DNA of 64,000 nt from Nostoc sp. (lineage in GTDB: Bacteria; Cyanobacteriota; Cyanobacteriia; Cyanobacteriales; Nostocaceae), in NCBI GenBank assembly GCA_036918135.1, contig JBALDB010000011.1:96001-160000 (forward strand), given 5' to 3'. Shown here in pieces: positions 1 through 9,750 of the stretch (its first letter is position 1; every line of letters starts with the position of its first letter). The position numbers and the translations under genes are program-made. The notes under the pieces are model-generated. The model searched no databases and had not been told where the DNA came from. It worked only from the letters and a program-made list of their open reading frames with translations.

Positions 1-103
1 CCACGGCACACTGGGAGCGCAAATGGCTACTGAGTTTGGCATACACAATACAGCAGGTAGGTTGTTGCGACTAGGCCAAGACCTCAATACAACACTTAAA
101 TAG
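1..103 (+). CDS. 3' end of a membrane protein, probably DUF2231 family (partial)
   Basis: Frame 2 reads HGTLGAQMATEFGIHNTAGRLLRLGQDLNTTLK* with stop TAG at 101-103. This resembles DUF2231 proteins found upstream of ARTO operons. Confidence 0.6.
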   Translation, partial: HGTLGAQMATEFGIHNTAGRLLRLGQDLNTTLK

Positions 104-217
104 GTCATTTGTCCTTCGTCCTTCGTCATTAGTCATTTGTCCTTTGCCCAATGACCAATGACCAATGACCACTGACCAATGACCACTAACCAATGACCAC
201 TGACCAATGACCACTGA
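104..217. repeat. STRR heptamer array, inverted arrangement (GTCMTTY then CAATGAC/CACTGAC)
   Basis: Tandem 7-mers gtcattt/gtccttc followed by about 10 copies of caatgac/cactgac. Confidence 0.9.
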
Positions 218-219
218 TT

Positions 220-1146
220 ATGAAAATCCAGAAGATTTTAAATATTTTGACCCTGTTTACAGGTGCGATCGCAGTAAGTGCGACTAGTCTGTGGATAGGT
301 AAGCAGGCTTACTCTTGGCTTCCCCCACAAGCAGCAGCTGAATCTCGACTAATTGATGATTTGATTAGTTTCTTAGTAACCCTTGGTGCCTTCATCTTCT
401 TGGGAGTAACGAGTACTCTGATGTATTCCGTGATTTTCCATCGGGCAGTTAAGGATGACTTTACCGATGGCCCTCCAATTGAAGGCAATATCACCTTGGA
501 AGTTGTCTGGACGGCAATCCCAATTCTATTAGTGTTTTGGATTGCAGGTTACAGCTACCAAGTTTATGAGCAAATGGGAATTCAAGGCCCAAGCCAACTA
601 GTTCACCTGCATAATCCGTTGGGAATGGAATCAGCTTATGCAGCAGCAAAAGACTCACCTGCTAAGGCTTTAACTGAACCCGTCGAGAAAATCGATGTCC
701 TAGCTAAACAATGGGCTTGGGTATTTCATTATCCAGAAACAGATGTCACTAGTAGTGAATTGCATTTGCCGAGCGATCGCCGGGTGCGTTTAGCGCTAAA
801 CTCACAAGATGTTCTTCACGGCTTTTATATACCTGCATTTCGCCTCAAGCAGGATATTATTCCCAACCATACCATTGACTTTGAATTTACTCCCATCCGT
901 CCTGGTCAATATCGATTGACCGATTCCCAATATAGCGGTACATATTTTGCAACCATGCAGGCAAATGTGGTTGTCGAATCTCCTGAAGATTACCACCAAT
1001 GGCTGTCCCAAGCCGCAACTCAAAAGCCATCCCCAGCCAAGAATCAAGCAGCTTCTGAGTATGCTCAAACATCCAATCAATCAGTCCAAACTGGTTGGAC
1101 TACAATTGCCCCTGCTGCACCGACTCTCGTCAATTCTCCTGGTTGA
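220..1146 (+). CDS. ctaC: Heme-copper oxidase subunit II, ARTO type (CuA ligands degenerate)
   Basis: LEVVWTAIP, QWAWVFHYP and DVLHGFYIP motifs. The CuA motif is replaced by DSQYSGTYFATM. Confidence 0.92.
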   Translation: MKIQKILNILTLFTGAIAVSATSLWIGKQAYSWLPPQAAAESRLIDDLISFLVTLGAFIFLGVTSTLMYSVIFHRAVKDDFTDGPPIEGNITLEVVWTAIPILLVFWIAGYSYQVYEQMGIQGPSQLVHLHNPLGMESAYAAAKDSPAKALTEPVEKIDVLAKQWAWVFHYPETDVTSSELHLPSDRRVRLALNSQDVLHGFYIPAFRLKQDIIPNHTIDFEFTPIRPGQYRLTDSQYSGTYFATMQANVVVESPEDYHQWLSQAATQKPSPAKNQAASEYAQTSNQSVQTGWTTIAPAAPTLVNSPG

Positions 1147-1212
1147 AAAAATTAAACAACCACTTTCTCACCATCTCCCCATTTTCTGTATTTATTAACA
1201 CGAAAGTAACTC

Positions 1213-2874
1213 ATGACTAATGTTCCTATTGACGGCATCAGTATCGCCAGTGAGAACTCTCACCATGAATCGAATGGTGACTGGAAGCGATACTTTAGCT
1301 TTAGCACCGACCATAAAGTTATTGGTATCCAGTATCTCGTAACCTCATTCTTCTTCTTTCTCATCGCCGGTATCTTTGCAATGGTGATTCGGGGAGAACT
1401 GATTACACCCGAATCAGATTTAGTCGATCGCACAGTCTACAATGGCATGTTTACCATGCACGGCACCATAATGCTGTTTTTGTGGACATTCCCCTCACTG
1501 GTTGGTTTTGCTAACTATCTAGTGCCATTGATGATTGGAGCGCGAGATATGGCATTTCCCCGCCTCAATGCCGTTGCCTTTTGGATGGTGCCGGTAGTGG
1601 GGATTCTGTTGATGAGTAGTTTCTTTGTTCCTGGCGGCCCAGCCCAAGCAGGCTGGTGGGCTTACCCTCCGGTGAGTCTCCAGAATCCCACCGGTAACTT
1701 AATTAACGGACAAGTTCTCTGGTTATTAGCAGTCGCAATATCTGGCGTCTCCTCAATTATGGGGGCAGTCAACTTTGTTACCACCATCGTCAAGATGCGC
1801 GCGCCAGGGATGACCTTTTTCCGAATGCCGATGTTTGTCTGGGGAGTATTCAGCGCCCAGATTATCCAACTATTTGGACTACCTGCACTAACAGCAGGTG
1901 CAGTAATGTTACTGCTCGACCTCACAGCTGGTACTAGCTTTTTCGATCCCAGTAGGGGAGGTAATCCAGTGATGTTCCAACATTACTTCTGGTTCTACTC
2001 CCACCCAGCCGTTTACGTGATTGTTCTGCCTGTATTTGCGATTTTCTCGGAAATCTTTCCAGTTTATTCCCGTAAACCTCTGTTTGGCTACAAAGTAGTT
2101 GCTGTTTCATCAATCTTGATTGCAGTAGTCAGCGGTATTGTTTGGGTACACCACATGTACGTCAGCGGTACACCAGGCTGGATGCGGTTGATTTTCATGC
2201 TGACAACAATGTGTGTATCTGTACCTACTGGAATTAAGGTATTTGCTTGGGTAGCGACCATCTGGGGAGGTAAACTACGACTGCATACACCGATGCTGTT
2301 CGCTCTAGGTGCATTGATTATGTTTGTTTTTGCTGGCATCACAGGCATTATGCTTTCCTCTGTGCCGGTCGATGTCCACGTTAACAATACCTACTTTGTA
2401 GTGGGACACTTCCACTACGTCCTCTATGGCACCGTGACGATGGGTTTATATGCTGCTATTTACCACTGGTTCCCCAAAATGACTGGGCGGATGTACTCCG
2501 AAGGCTGGGGTAAATTGCACTTCTGGTTAGCCTTCATCGGCACCAACCTTAACTTTTTGCCCATGCACCCTTTAGGACTCCAAGGAATGCTGCGCCGAGT
2601 TGCCTCCTACGCCCCAGAGTATGCATTCTGGAATATCATCGCTAGTATCGGCGGATTTCTCTTGGGAATGTCCACCTTGCCTTTCATTTTCAACATGGTA
2701 ATTTCTTGGATGCAAGGCGAAAAAGCACCTGATAACCCTTGGCGGGCAATTGGACTAGAGTGGTTAGTTTCTTCACCGCCCCCGGTAGAAAACTTTGAAG
2801 AAATTCCTATCATCATCTCTGAACCTTACGGCTACGGCAAATCTGAACCCTTAACAACAAACCTCCCAGAATAA
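1213..2874 (+). CDS. ctaD: Heme-copper oxidase subunit I
   Basis: STDHKVIG, FTMHG, FWFYSHPAVY, VWVHHMY and VVGHFHYV motifs. Confidence 0.97.
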   Translation: MTNVPIDGISIASENSHHESNGDWKRYFSFSTDHKVIGIQYLVTSFFFFLIAGIFAMVIRGELITPESDLVDRTVYNGMFTMHGTIMLFLWTFPSLVGFANYLVPLMIGARDMAFPRLNAVAFWMVPVVGILLMSSFFVPGGPAQAGWWAYPPVSLQNPTGNLINGQVLWLLAVAISGVSSIMGAVNFVTTIVKMRAPGMTFFRMPMFVWGVFSAQIIQLFGLPALTAGAVMLLLDLTAGTSFFDPSRGGNPVMFQHYFWFYSHPAVYVIVLPVFAIFSEIFPVYSRKPLFGYKVVAVSSILIAVVSGIVWVHHMYVSGTPGWMRLIFMLTTMCVSVPTGIKVFAWVATIWGGKLRLHTPMLFALGALIMFVFAGITGIMLSSVPVDVHVNNTYFVVGHFHYVLYGTVTMGLYAAIYHWFPKMTGRMYSEGWGKLHFWLAFIGTNLNFLPMHPLGLQGMLRRVASYAPEYAFWNIIASIGGFLLGMSTLPFIFNMVISWMQGEKAPDNPWRAIGLEWLVSSPPPVENFEEIPIIISEPYGYGKSEPLTTNLPE

Positions 2875-2926
2875 CCTTAGGGAAGACGCAGAAGCCCTCC
2901 GCATACCTCTGCGCTTCCCTTCGCGT

Positions 2927-3018
2927 GACGGCAGTCGCTACAACGGGGAGCCACTCCGTTGGACGGGTTCCCCGGCTTGAAGGAAGTGGCGTGGGAACCC
3001 CCGCAACGCGCTGCCTCC
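2927..3018. repeat. Nested GC-rich small dispersed repeat elements between ctaD and ctaE
   Basis: gacggcagtcgctacaacgggg...gggaacccccgcaacgcgctgcctc with an internal agccact...agtggcgt unit. A related element lies near 61875-61922. Confidence 0.6.
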
Positions 3019-3061
3019 CCTTTGCGTTTCAAATTCACCCCTCAAAAACCAAACTCTACCA

Positions 3062-3664
3062 ATGGACAGTTATATCAATTCCCATGAATTACACCAGACA
3101 CACGCAGAACATAGCCACGATGAAGAAGGCAACAAAATGTTTGGATTCATTGTGTTCTTACTGTCTGAGAGCGTAATTTTTCTCAGTTTTTTTGCAGGAT
3201 ATATTATCTACAAAACAACAACTCCTAACTGGCTACCTGTCGGTGTTTCTGGACTAGAAGTAAAAGAACCAGCAATCAACACAGTAGTTCTTGTTGCCAG
3301 TAGCTTTGTGATTTTCTTAGCAGAACGCGCCCTTCAACGCCATGACTTAATGAAATTTCGCCTGTTTCTTTTGGCAACAATGGCGATGGGAACTTACTTT
3401 TTAGTTGGACAAGCAATTGAATGGAATAGCCTCGCCTTTGGGTTCACTTCAGGGGTATTCGGTGGGACGTTCTATTTACTTACAGGTTTCCACGGTTTGC
3501 ATGTTTTAACTGGTATTCTGTTGCAGTTAATTATCTTAGTACGCTCTTTTATCCCTGGTAACTACGATTCAGGTCACTTCGGTGTTAATGCAACCTCGCT
3601 GTTTTGGCATTTCGTCGATGTTATCTGGATTATTTTGTTTATCCTCATCTATGTCTGGCAATAA
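3062..3664 (+). CDS. ctaE: Heme-copper oxidase subunit III
   Basis: FLLSESVIF, LTGFHGLHV and FWHFVDVIW motifs. Confidence 0.95.
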   Translation: MDSYINSHELHQTHAEHSHDEEGNKMFGFIVFLLSESVIFLSFFAGYIIYKTTTPNWLPVGVSGLEVKEPAINTVVLVASSFVIFLAERALQRHDLMKFRLFLLATMAMGTYFLVGQAIEWNSLAFGFTSGVFGGTFYLLTGFHGLHVLTGILLQLIILVRSFIPGNYDSGHFGVNATSLFWHFVDVIWIILFILIYVWQ

Positions 3665-3947
3665 ATATTGATGAGGATATCTTGTGTATAAGTCCCTACC
3701 GCTAATTCGTTTCTTAATTAGGAAGAAGGAATTGGCGGATGGGGAGAATCACGGCAAATTACTATATCTGTACAAAAAATTAAATCTAATAAAGTTACAA
3801 AAGTTGCTATTTTCAGAAAAACAAACAATCTCACAAAAAGCTTGACAGTACTATTTTTTATCCAAATTTAAATAATACAAATTATCTCAATTTTGTATTA
3901 AAAAAGGGGCAATATAAATATCCCTTTTTTGATAATTTTACAATAAA

Positions 3948-4157
3948 TTAGTCAACAGCGATTATGACATCTGATGATTTGATTATGGCATGTACTTGTT
4001 TGCCTTCAGCAAGTTTCAGATTTTCTGCCGATGATTTGGTAATAATAGCAGTTACCTCTACTCCTGGTGCTACTTCTACGGTAACTTCTGTATTTACAGA
4101 GCCAATAACAACGTTTTTTACAGTTCCTTTGAGAGCATTCCGCGCGCTAACTTGCAT
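3948..4157 (-). CDS. mop: Molybdate-binding Mop/TOBE domain protein (molbindin)
   Basis: SARNALKGTV...ITKSSAENLKL...IKSSDV, 69 aa, divergent from modA. Confidence 0.92.
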   Translation of the reverse strand: MQVSARNALKGTVKNVVIGSVNTEVTVEVAPGVEVTAIITKSSAENLKLAEGKQVHAIIKSSDVIIAVD

Positions 4158-4466
4158 TTTTTAAATTTTTTGATATTTATAACTACATAAAAATAATAAC
4201 AAGTAGTTCAATCGATTTATCCAGCTATAGATAGAAAATACATGAATTTTTACTATTTTTTAAAATAGCAAATATACACCTTTTTTCCCAAATTATTTGG
4301 TAATGATTTTTGATAAGTAAACTTATATGGTAAAAGACTCAAACATAGTTTACTGAATATAGTAAACAATTTTTGCGATCGCCCAATCCTAAACAGTATA
4401 TATTTTTACCAATTTATTTGGTTTTTTTGGTGCCAAGTTGGTAAATTATTAATTGACTAGGAAAAA

Positions 4467-5306
4467 ATGCTTGAGAGACGGCAAATGAATAATAAAAGAA
4501 TTTCGACTTTTGTGAGTTGGGTATTTATCTCGTTCTTACTTATCGTCGGCTGTAGTCAAACTACAACTACACCTAATTTATCCTCAACTACTAGTCCAGC
4601 AGTCCAAACAGCAAATTTGACGATATCAGCAGCTGCTAGCCTCAAAGATGCAATGGACGAAATCAAGCCTCTTTACAGCAAAGAAAAGCCAAACATTACA
4701 TTGAGCTATAACTTTGGTTCGTCTGGTGCTTTACAACAACAGATTGAACAGGGTGCGGGAGTTGACGTTTTCATCTCAGCTGCAACTAAACAGATAGATG
4801 CTTTACAGAAAAAAGGTTTGTTAGTTGATGGAACTCGCAAGGACTTGCTAAAAAATCAAGTGGTGTTGATAATACCCCAAAATTCCACCACAGGTGTAGC
4901 TGATTTTCAAAGCTTAACTTCACCACGAATTAAAAAAATTGCTTTAGGCGAACCTAAAAGTGTCCCTGCTGGACAATATGCTCAACAAGTTTTAACTTCA
5001 TTAAAAATTATTGACCCAGTTAAAAGCAAAGCCGTCTATGCTAAAGACGTTCGTCAAGCTCTCAATTATGTAGAATCAGGCAATGCTGATGCTGGAATTG
5101 TCTACCTTTCTGATGCTAAAAGTACGCCAAAAGTCAAAATTGTAGCAACTGCATCTGAAAAAACTCATTCTCCTGTCGTCTATCCGATTGCAGTTCTCAA
5201 GAGCAGTAAAAATGTGAATGCTGCTAAGGATTTTGAAGAATTTTTATCAGGCAATGAAGCCAAGACAGTGTTTGAAAAACAGGGATTTACGGTAGCTGGT
5301 AGTTAA
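4467..5306 (+). CDS. modA: Molybdate ABC transporter substrate-binding lipoprotein
   Basis: Lipobox IVGC and motifs SAAASL, FGSSGAL, VPAGQYA, DAGIVY. Confidence 0.95.
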   Translation: MLERRQMNNKRISTFVSWVFISFLLIVGCSQTTTTPNLSSTTSPAVQTANLTISAAASLKDAMDEIKPLYSKEKPNITLSYNFGSSGALQQQIEQGAGVDVFISAATKQIDALQKKGLLVDGTRKDLLKNQVVLIIPQNSTTGVADFQSLTSPRIKKIALGEPKSVPAGQYAQQVLTSLKIIDPVKSKAVYAKDVRQALNYVESGNADAGIVYLSDAKSTPKVKIVATASEKTHSPVVYPIAVLKSSKNVNAAKDFEEFLSGNEAKTVFEKQGFTVAGS

Positions 5307-5690
5307 TAGTAAAAAACTTCAACAGGGCTAATTAAGTATTTAACACATTACTCAAACTAGCCCTAATAAACAGCGTTCCGAACCAAAAAACTATGCCACT
5401 AAATTTATTACTCCTGTGAATATAATTTAAAACTTTATTTCTTGCATTACCTCTAAAAATTCCCCAATTAAGTTATGGTTTCTTAACAAATAGGAAAAGC
5501 TTGTGTATTACCAATAAATTTGGTATTGTAGTTTTAAATTATTTTTGTGAAATTCACATAGGTAATTTCCTAAAGGAATTTTTTTAGAAAATTCTCAACC
5601 GGACACCAAGTATTTATGAATTGCCTCACTTGTAATTTGAAGCGAGGTAATAGATTGTCGTGGAATTTGTACTAATTGGAGTGAGGTTTG

Positions 5691-6458
5691 ATGAAATCAT
5701 CTCAAAAGCTGGGATTTATTATTTCTGAAATCACTAGCGCTTTTATGAGTACAGTTGTGGTTACTAATACTCATATTCTTAAGGCAGAAGCTACTCCTAA
5801 AGAACCACCATAAAATTTAGTAGTCAACGGAACCTTTACGGCAGATCCACTTGTAAGTCCTTACGATCGCACTAGGAATAATCCTTTCATTTCTGGATGG
5901 TTGAATAGCATTGCGACTGATGTTTTTGCTACTATTTATCTAGAAAATTATACAGTCGATGATACTGAAAACTATTCTTTAAGTGTGCGGCTTGCTCCAC
6001 GTTACAACCATAACGGGCCTATTTTTACTTACATCTCACAGAAACTCAAGACTATACCCGGTCAGAAATACGAACTGAGTTACTATCTAGCAAACGCAGA
6101 TGACGAGCCAAATGAAAATGTATTTCAAACTTATGTAGGTGGAAAATTAATCGACCAAAAAGTCAATGTTGGCTTTCAAAATTTCACCAAATATACCTAC
6201 TATTTTGTAGCCAAATCACGAACCACAGAATTAAAGTTTGCTAGCAAGCAGCGCTCTTACTGGTACAACCTAGATAATGTGAGCGTTGTTCCTGTAGATA
6301 AATTCTCAAAAAATGAAATATCTAAGCCAGAACCAAAGGAAATAGCTTTAGGGCCATTAATGTCCCCGGTGCCTATTCTACCTATGTGTATGGCATCAAT
6401 AATCAAGGGGATATTGTGGGATTTTTCTACGATGGCACGAAAAGACGTGGTTTTATAG
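5691..6458 (+). pseudogene. Secreted CBM4/9- or DUF642-like protein interrupted by an in-frame stop
   Basis: ATG at 5691 with upstream GAGG, a signal-peptide-like N-terminus, TAA at 5811-5813, then NLVVNGTF in the same frame as ORF 5901-6458. Confidence 0.7.
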
Positions 6459-6519
6459 CTCGTAAAAATCCTACGGTCACACTCAATAAAGTTGTCTTGG
6501 CAGACCCAAAGAATTATGC

Positions 6520-6649
6520 TAAGTAGGTCGGTGTGAATATTTATCGTAGGTATGAGGCAAAAGGCAGGAGGTAGAAGGCACGAGAAAAGAGGGTTTAAGC
6601 CTATTTAATTTTTCTTACATAGTTTTATTTTTCTACACTGTTCTACTTA
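6520..6649. mobile_element. MITE-like element, family A
   Basis: Imperfect terminal inverted repeats TAAGTAGGTCGGTGT...ACACTGTTCTACTTA. The body is homologous to 63560-63756. Confidence 0.7.
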
Positions 6650-6739
6650 AATGAGAAGTAAGGTATGAGAGCAAGCCTGCTGAGCGAGGAACCGATCGAG
6701 TCACAGCAATAAAACGGGCAGAGGGTTAGCCTCTTACAA

Positions 6740-6995
6740 ATTACAATCCAGTATGCTCGCGAGCTAAACGGCTCAAGAACATTGAAATAGTCCGATTTTC
6801 ATTCGTGTGAATCAGATTCTTACTTTGACATGGGGAATTACCTTTGCATTGAGTGCGTTAGGCAGTTGGTTGCTGCCACTCAACGCCTATACGGTGCTGC
6901 ACCTTGCCCTGCTTGCGATCGCCATCTTGATGACGGTGCGTTTCCCCAGTTGGTATCGCGATCTGGCAGTAAAAAATAGGACGCCAGAGTTATAG
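6740..6995 (+). pseudogene. Degenerate 3' fragment of a membrane protein gene
   Basis: TIQYARE, then a frameshift, then AQEH*NSPIFIRVNQILTLTW (TGA at 6783). No 5' part is visible. Confidence 0.5.
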
Positions 6996-7188
6996 TTAAC
7001 AGCTAACAGTCAATAGCCAATACAAAAAGATGTGCTTTCCTAAATGCAACGGCAGCTTAAAACTCTGAGTGCGATCGCTGTTAGCATAGCTTTAGCAGAA
7101 GCTTGTGAGAGGTTGTCAGAAAACTCAGCAAGTATACTCAAAACCTGTCTCTAAACTTCTGTTAGTGAAATTATTTAATTAACATACT

Positions 7189-8103
7189 ATGAATTGGAGT
7201 GCTGCATTACCAACTTTTTTTATTACCTTAAGAGAAGGTGTAGAAGCTGCTTTAGTTGTGGGAATTGTTTTTGCCTGTTTGCAACAAGCTCAACAACAAA
7301 AATTGTATCGTTGGGTTTATTTAGGAGTTATTAGCGGGATTTTTGCGAGTTTTGTATTTGGTTTGCTAATTTATTTAGGGATACAAGGATTACAGACATC
7401 TGAGCAACTATACGCACCTGTTTTTAAGCAACTTTTTGAAGTTGGATTAGGACTAATTGCGATCGCCATGCTCAGTTGGATGTTGATTTGGATGACACGA
7501 CAAGCCCGATTTCTCAAAGCTGAGATTGAAGGTTCTGTCAAAAATGCCTTGGGCGGAAGTGATAGCGCAGGCTGGGCAATTTTTAGCTTAATTTTTATTG
7601 CTGTGTTTCGTGAAGGTTTAGAAACAGCTTTGTTTATCGTCGCTAAGTTTCAAGAAGGTTTGACACCCGTTTTAGGTGCAATGGGAGGATTAGCGATCGC
7701 ATTTCTCATCGGGATGCTGTTATTTAAATGGAGCATTCGGATCGATTTAAGTCGATTTTTCCAGGTGATGGGTGTGTTTTTGCTGCTGATTGTCTCTGGG
7801 TTGGTAATTTCTGCCCTACGCCATCTTGATGCTGCGGCGATCGCTTTTAGCCAAATTAACCCCGAAGTTTTGGGCGTTTGCGGACAAGGAAATACATCTT
7901 GTCTTTTAGGCCCCCAAGTTTGGGATTTATCAACCAGTTTACCTGACCGTCAGTTTCCTGGTATTTTGCTAAAAACTTTATTTGGCTATACTCAAAAACT
8001 GTATTTAGTTCAAGCTGTCGGTTATCTGCTTTTTTGGATAACTGTTGGCGGTCTTTATTTCCGCAGTCTCAGCCAACCGAAACAATTAATTACTAATTCG
8101 TAA
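7189..8103 (+). CDS. FTR1/EfeU family iron permease
   Basis: Two RExxE motifs (LREGVEA, FREGLET) and multiple TM helices. Confidence 0.93.
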   Translation: MNWSAALPTFFITLREGVEAALVVGIVFACLQQAQQQKLYRWVYLGVISGIFASFVFGLLIYLGIQGLQTSEQLYAPVFKQLFEVGLGLIAIAMLSWMLIWMTRQARFLKAEIEGSVKNALGGSDSAGWAIFSLIFIAVFREGLETALFIVAKFQEGLTPVLGAMGGLAIAFLIGMLLFKWSIRIDLSRFFQVMGVFLLLIVSGLVISALRHLDAAAIAFSQINPEVLGVCGQGNTSCLLGPQVWDLSTSLPDRQFPGILLKTLFGYTQKLYLVQAVGYLLFWITVGGLYFRSLSQPKQLITNS

Positions 8104-8112
8104 TTATATAAA

Positions 8113-8210
8113 AATGCAGTTCAGTTCAGCATTTATTCCTTTTTTTTTGCTTAGGCGATTTCTTAAAAATTGACTTATATAAAGAATTTTAACCTTAACT
8201 GAACTGTATT
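8113..8210. mobile_element. Small MITE-like element
   Basis: Inverted ends AATGCAGTTCAGTT ... AACTGAACTGTATT. Confidence 0.45.
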
Positions 8211-8407
8211 AAATTCTATTGCAATTCCCAGTTTGGCGAGGTGCAAAACCAATATTTTTAAACGCAGAGTAACACAGAGTCAAGCGCAGAGGTACGCAAA
8301 GGTTTAGCCAAATTTATTAGCAATTTACTAACTAACTGAGCAGATTAGTAAATATTATATAATTCAATTACGAATTACAAATTACGAATTACGAATTATT
8401 TTGCCTG

Positions 8408-9358
8408 ATGTCCTTGATACTTATTCCTCCTTTTGTACAACAAATCAACAACGAAATTGCTCGTCAGGCTGGCGTTGATTTGTTTGTACTACGCCTTGAT
8501 GTCATGCACCCGTGGGTTAATGGCAATAAGTGGTTTAAGTTGAAATATAATCTTTTGGAAGCTGAGCAAAAAAATTTCACGAGGCTGCTGACGTTTGGCG
8601 GCACTTATTCTAACCACATCTATGCAACCGCCGCGGCCGGGAATCTTTTGGGATTTCAGACCATTGGCGTTATTCGTGGCGAAGAAAATTTACCGCTCAA
8701 TCCAACCCTGAGTTTCGCTCTACAGCAGGGTATGGAGCTTGTGTACCTCTCGCGCCAGATGTATCGACAACGCAACACAGTGGCGCTAAATGAATATCTG
8801 CAACAGCGTTTCGGCGAGGTGTTTATCATTCCTGAAGGTGGTAATAATTTAAACGGTGTGCGCGGTTGCACAGAGATAATTAGTCAAGCGATGCCTACGG
8901 CTGGCTACGCCTACGCATTTGATTATATTTGCGTAGCCTGCGGTACGGCTACAACACTGGCTGGAATTGTGCTTTCGTTGCATCAAGGACAAAAAGCGAT
9001 CGCTTTTCCTGTCTTGAAAGGTGCTTTTCTCAAACAGGAAATTGAAAATCTATTGACAAATTACCTCGCTTCTGGTTTAACGACTCCATATAGTTCTCCC
9101 GCAGCTTGGGAATTAATGTGTGATTATCACTTCGGCGGCTATGCAAAGGTGAATCAGGAGTTACTACAATTCAGTCAGGAATTTAGCTCGGCGCACGGCG
9201 TACCTCTCGATTACGTATATACTGCAAAAATGTTTTATGGAGTAATGGATCTATTGCAGCAAGGATTTTTTGGTAAAGGCAAAAGTTTGCTGCTGGTACA
9301 CACAGGTGGCTTACAGGGTAATGTTGGTATGGAACAAAGGTTGCAGAAAATTTGTTAA
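8408..9358 (+). CDS. PLP-dependent D-cysteine desulfhydrase / ACC deaminase family protein
   Basis: NGNKWFKL (PLP lysine), GGTYSNH, IPEGG, LDYVYTAK and HTGGLQG. Confidence 0.9.
   Translation: MSLILIPPFVQQINNEIARQAGVDLFVLRLDVMHPWVNGNKWFKLKYNLLEAEQKNFTRLLTFGGTYSNHIYATAAAGNLLGFQTIGVIRGEENLPLNPTLSFALQQGMELVYLSRQMYRQRNTVALNEYLQQRFGEVFIIPEGGNNLNGVRGCTEIISQAMPTAGYAYAFDYICVACGTATTLAGIVLSLHQGQKAIAFPVLKGAFLKQEIENLLTNYLASGLTTPYSSPAAWELMCDYHFGGYAKVNQELLQFSQEFSSAHGVPLDYVYTAKMFYGVMDLLQQGFFGKGKSLLLVHTGGLQGNVGMEQRLQKIC
8893..8913. mobile_element. 21-nt SDR5-like element inserted in a HIP1 site inside the CDS
   Basis: GCGAT[GCCTACGGCTGGCTACGCCTA]CGC. Removing it restores GCGATCGC. Confidence 0.8.
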
Positions 9359-9750
9359 ATCTAAGTGTTTCCATAATTCCATTTCTAAGAATAGAAGTGA
9401 CCAAACAGTGGCTTAATCTCAAGTGGATTACCCTCGTTCGCCTTACCCCGTCGCAGAAGAATATAAAAAACTTAATAAATTGGTCATTTTCATCAAAAGA
9501 CTTTTGCAAAAGGTAAAAAGATATAGATAAAAATTAAAAATAGTATTACATAATTTAATACACTAGCATTAAGGCTAAAACTCTTTCTCAAAGTCTATTT
9601 TTTGCATAAGCCACAGAGGCATATAGAAGCCAGTGTATCTTTGCGGTTCCATACTTGAAGTAACTAGCAGGGCACAGAGAGAATAAACTGATGCTTAAGT
9701 ACCTAACGCAAAATTTTAGAAAAAATGTAAAAAAATCTCAAAAAGTTGCT

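Noticed and set aside
2925..3176. 83-aa ORF between ctaD and ctaE
   Set aside because: Translation of a nested dispersed repeat that overlaps ctaE out of frame.
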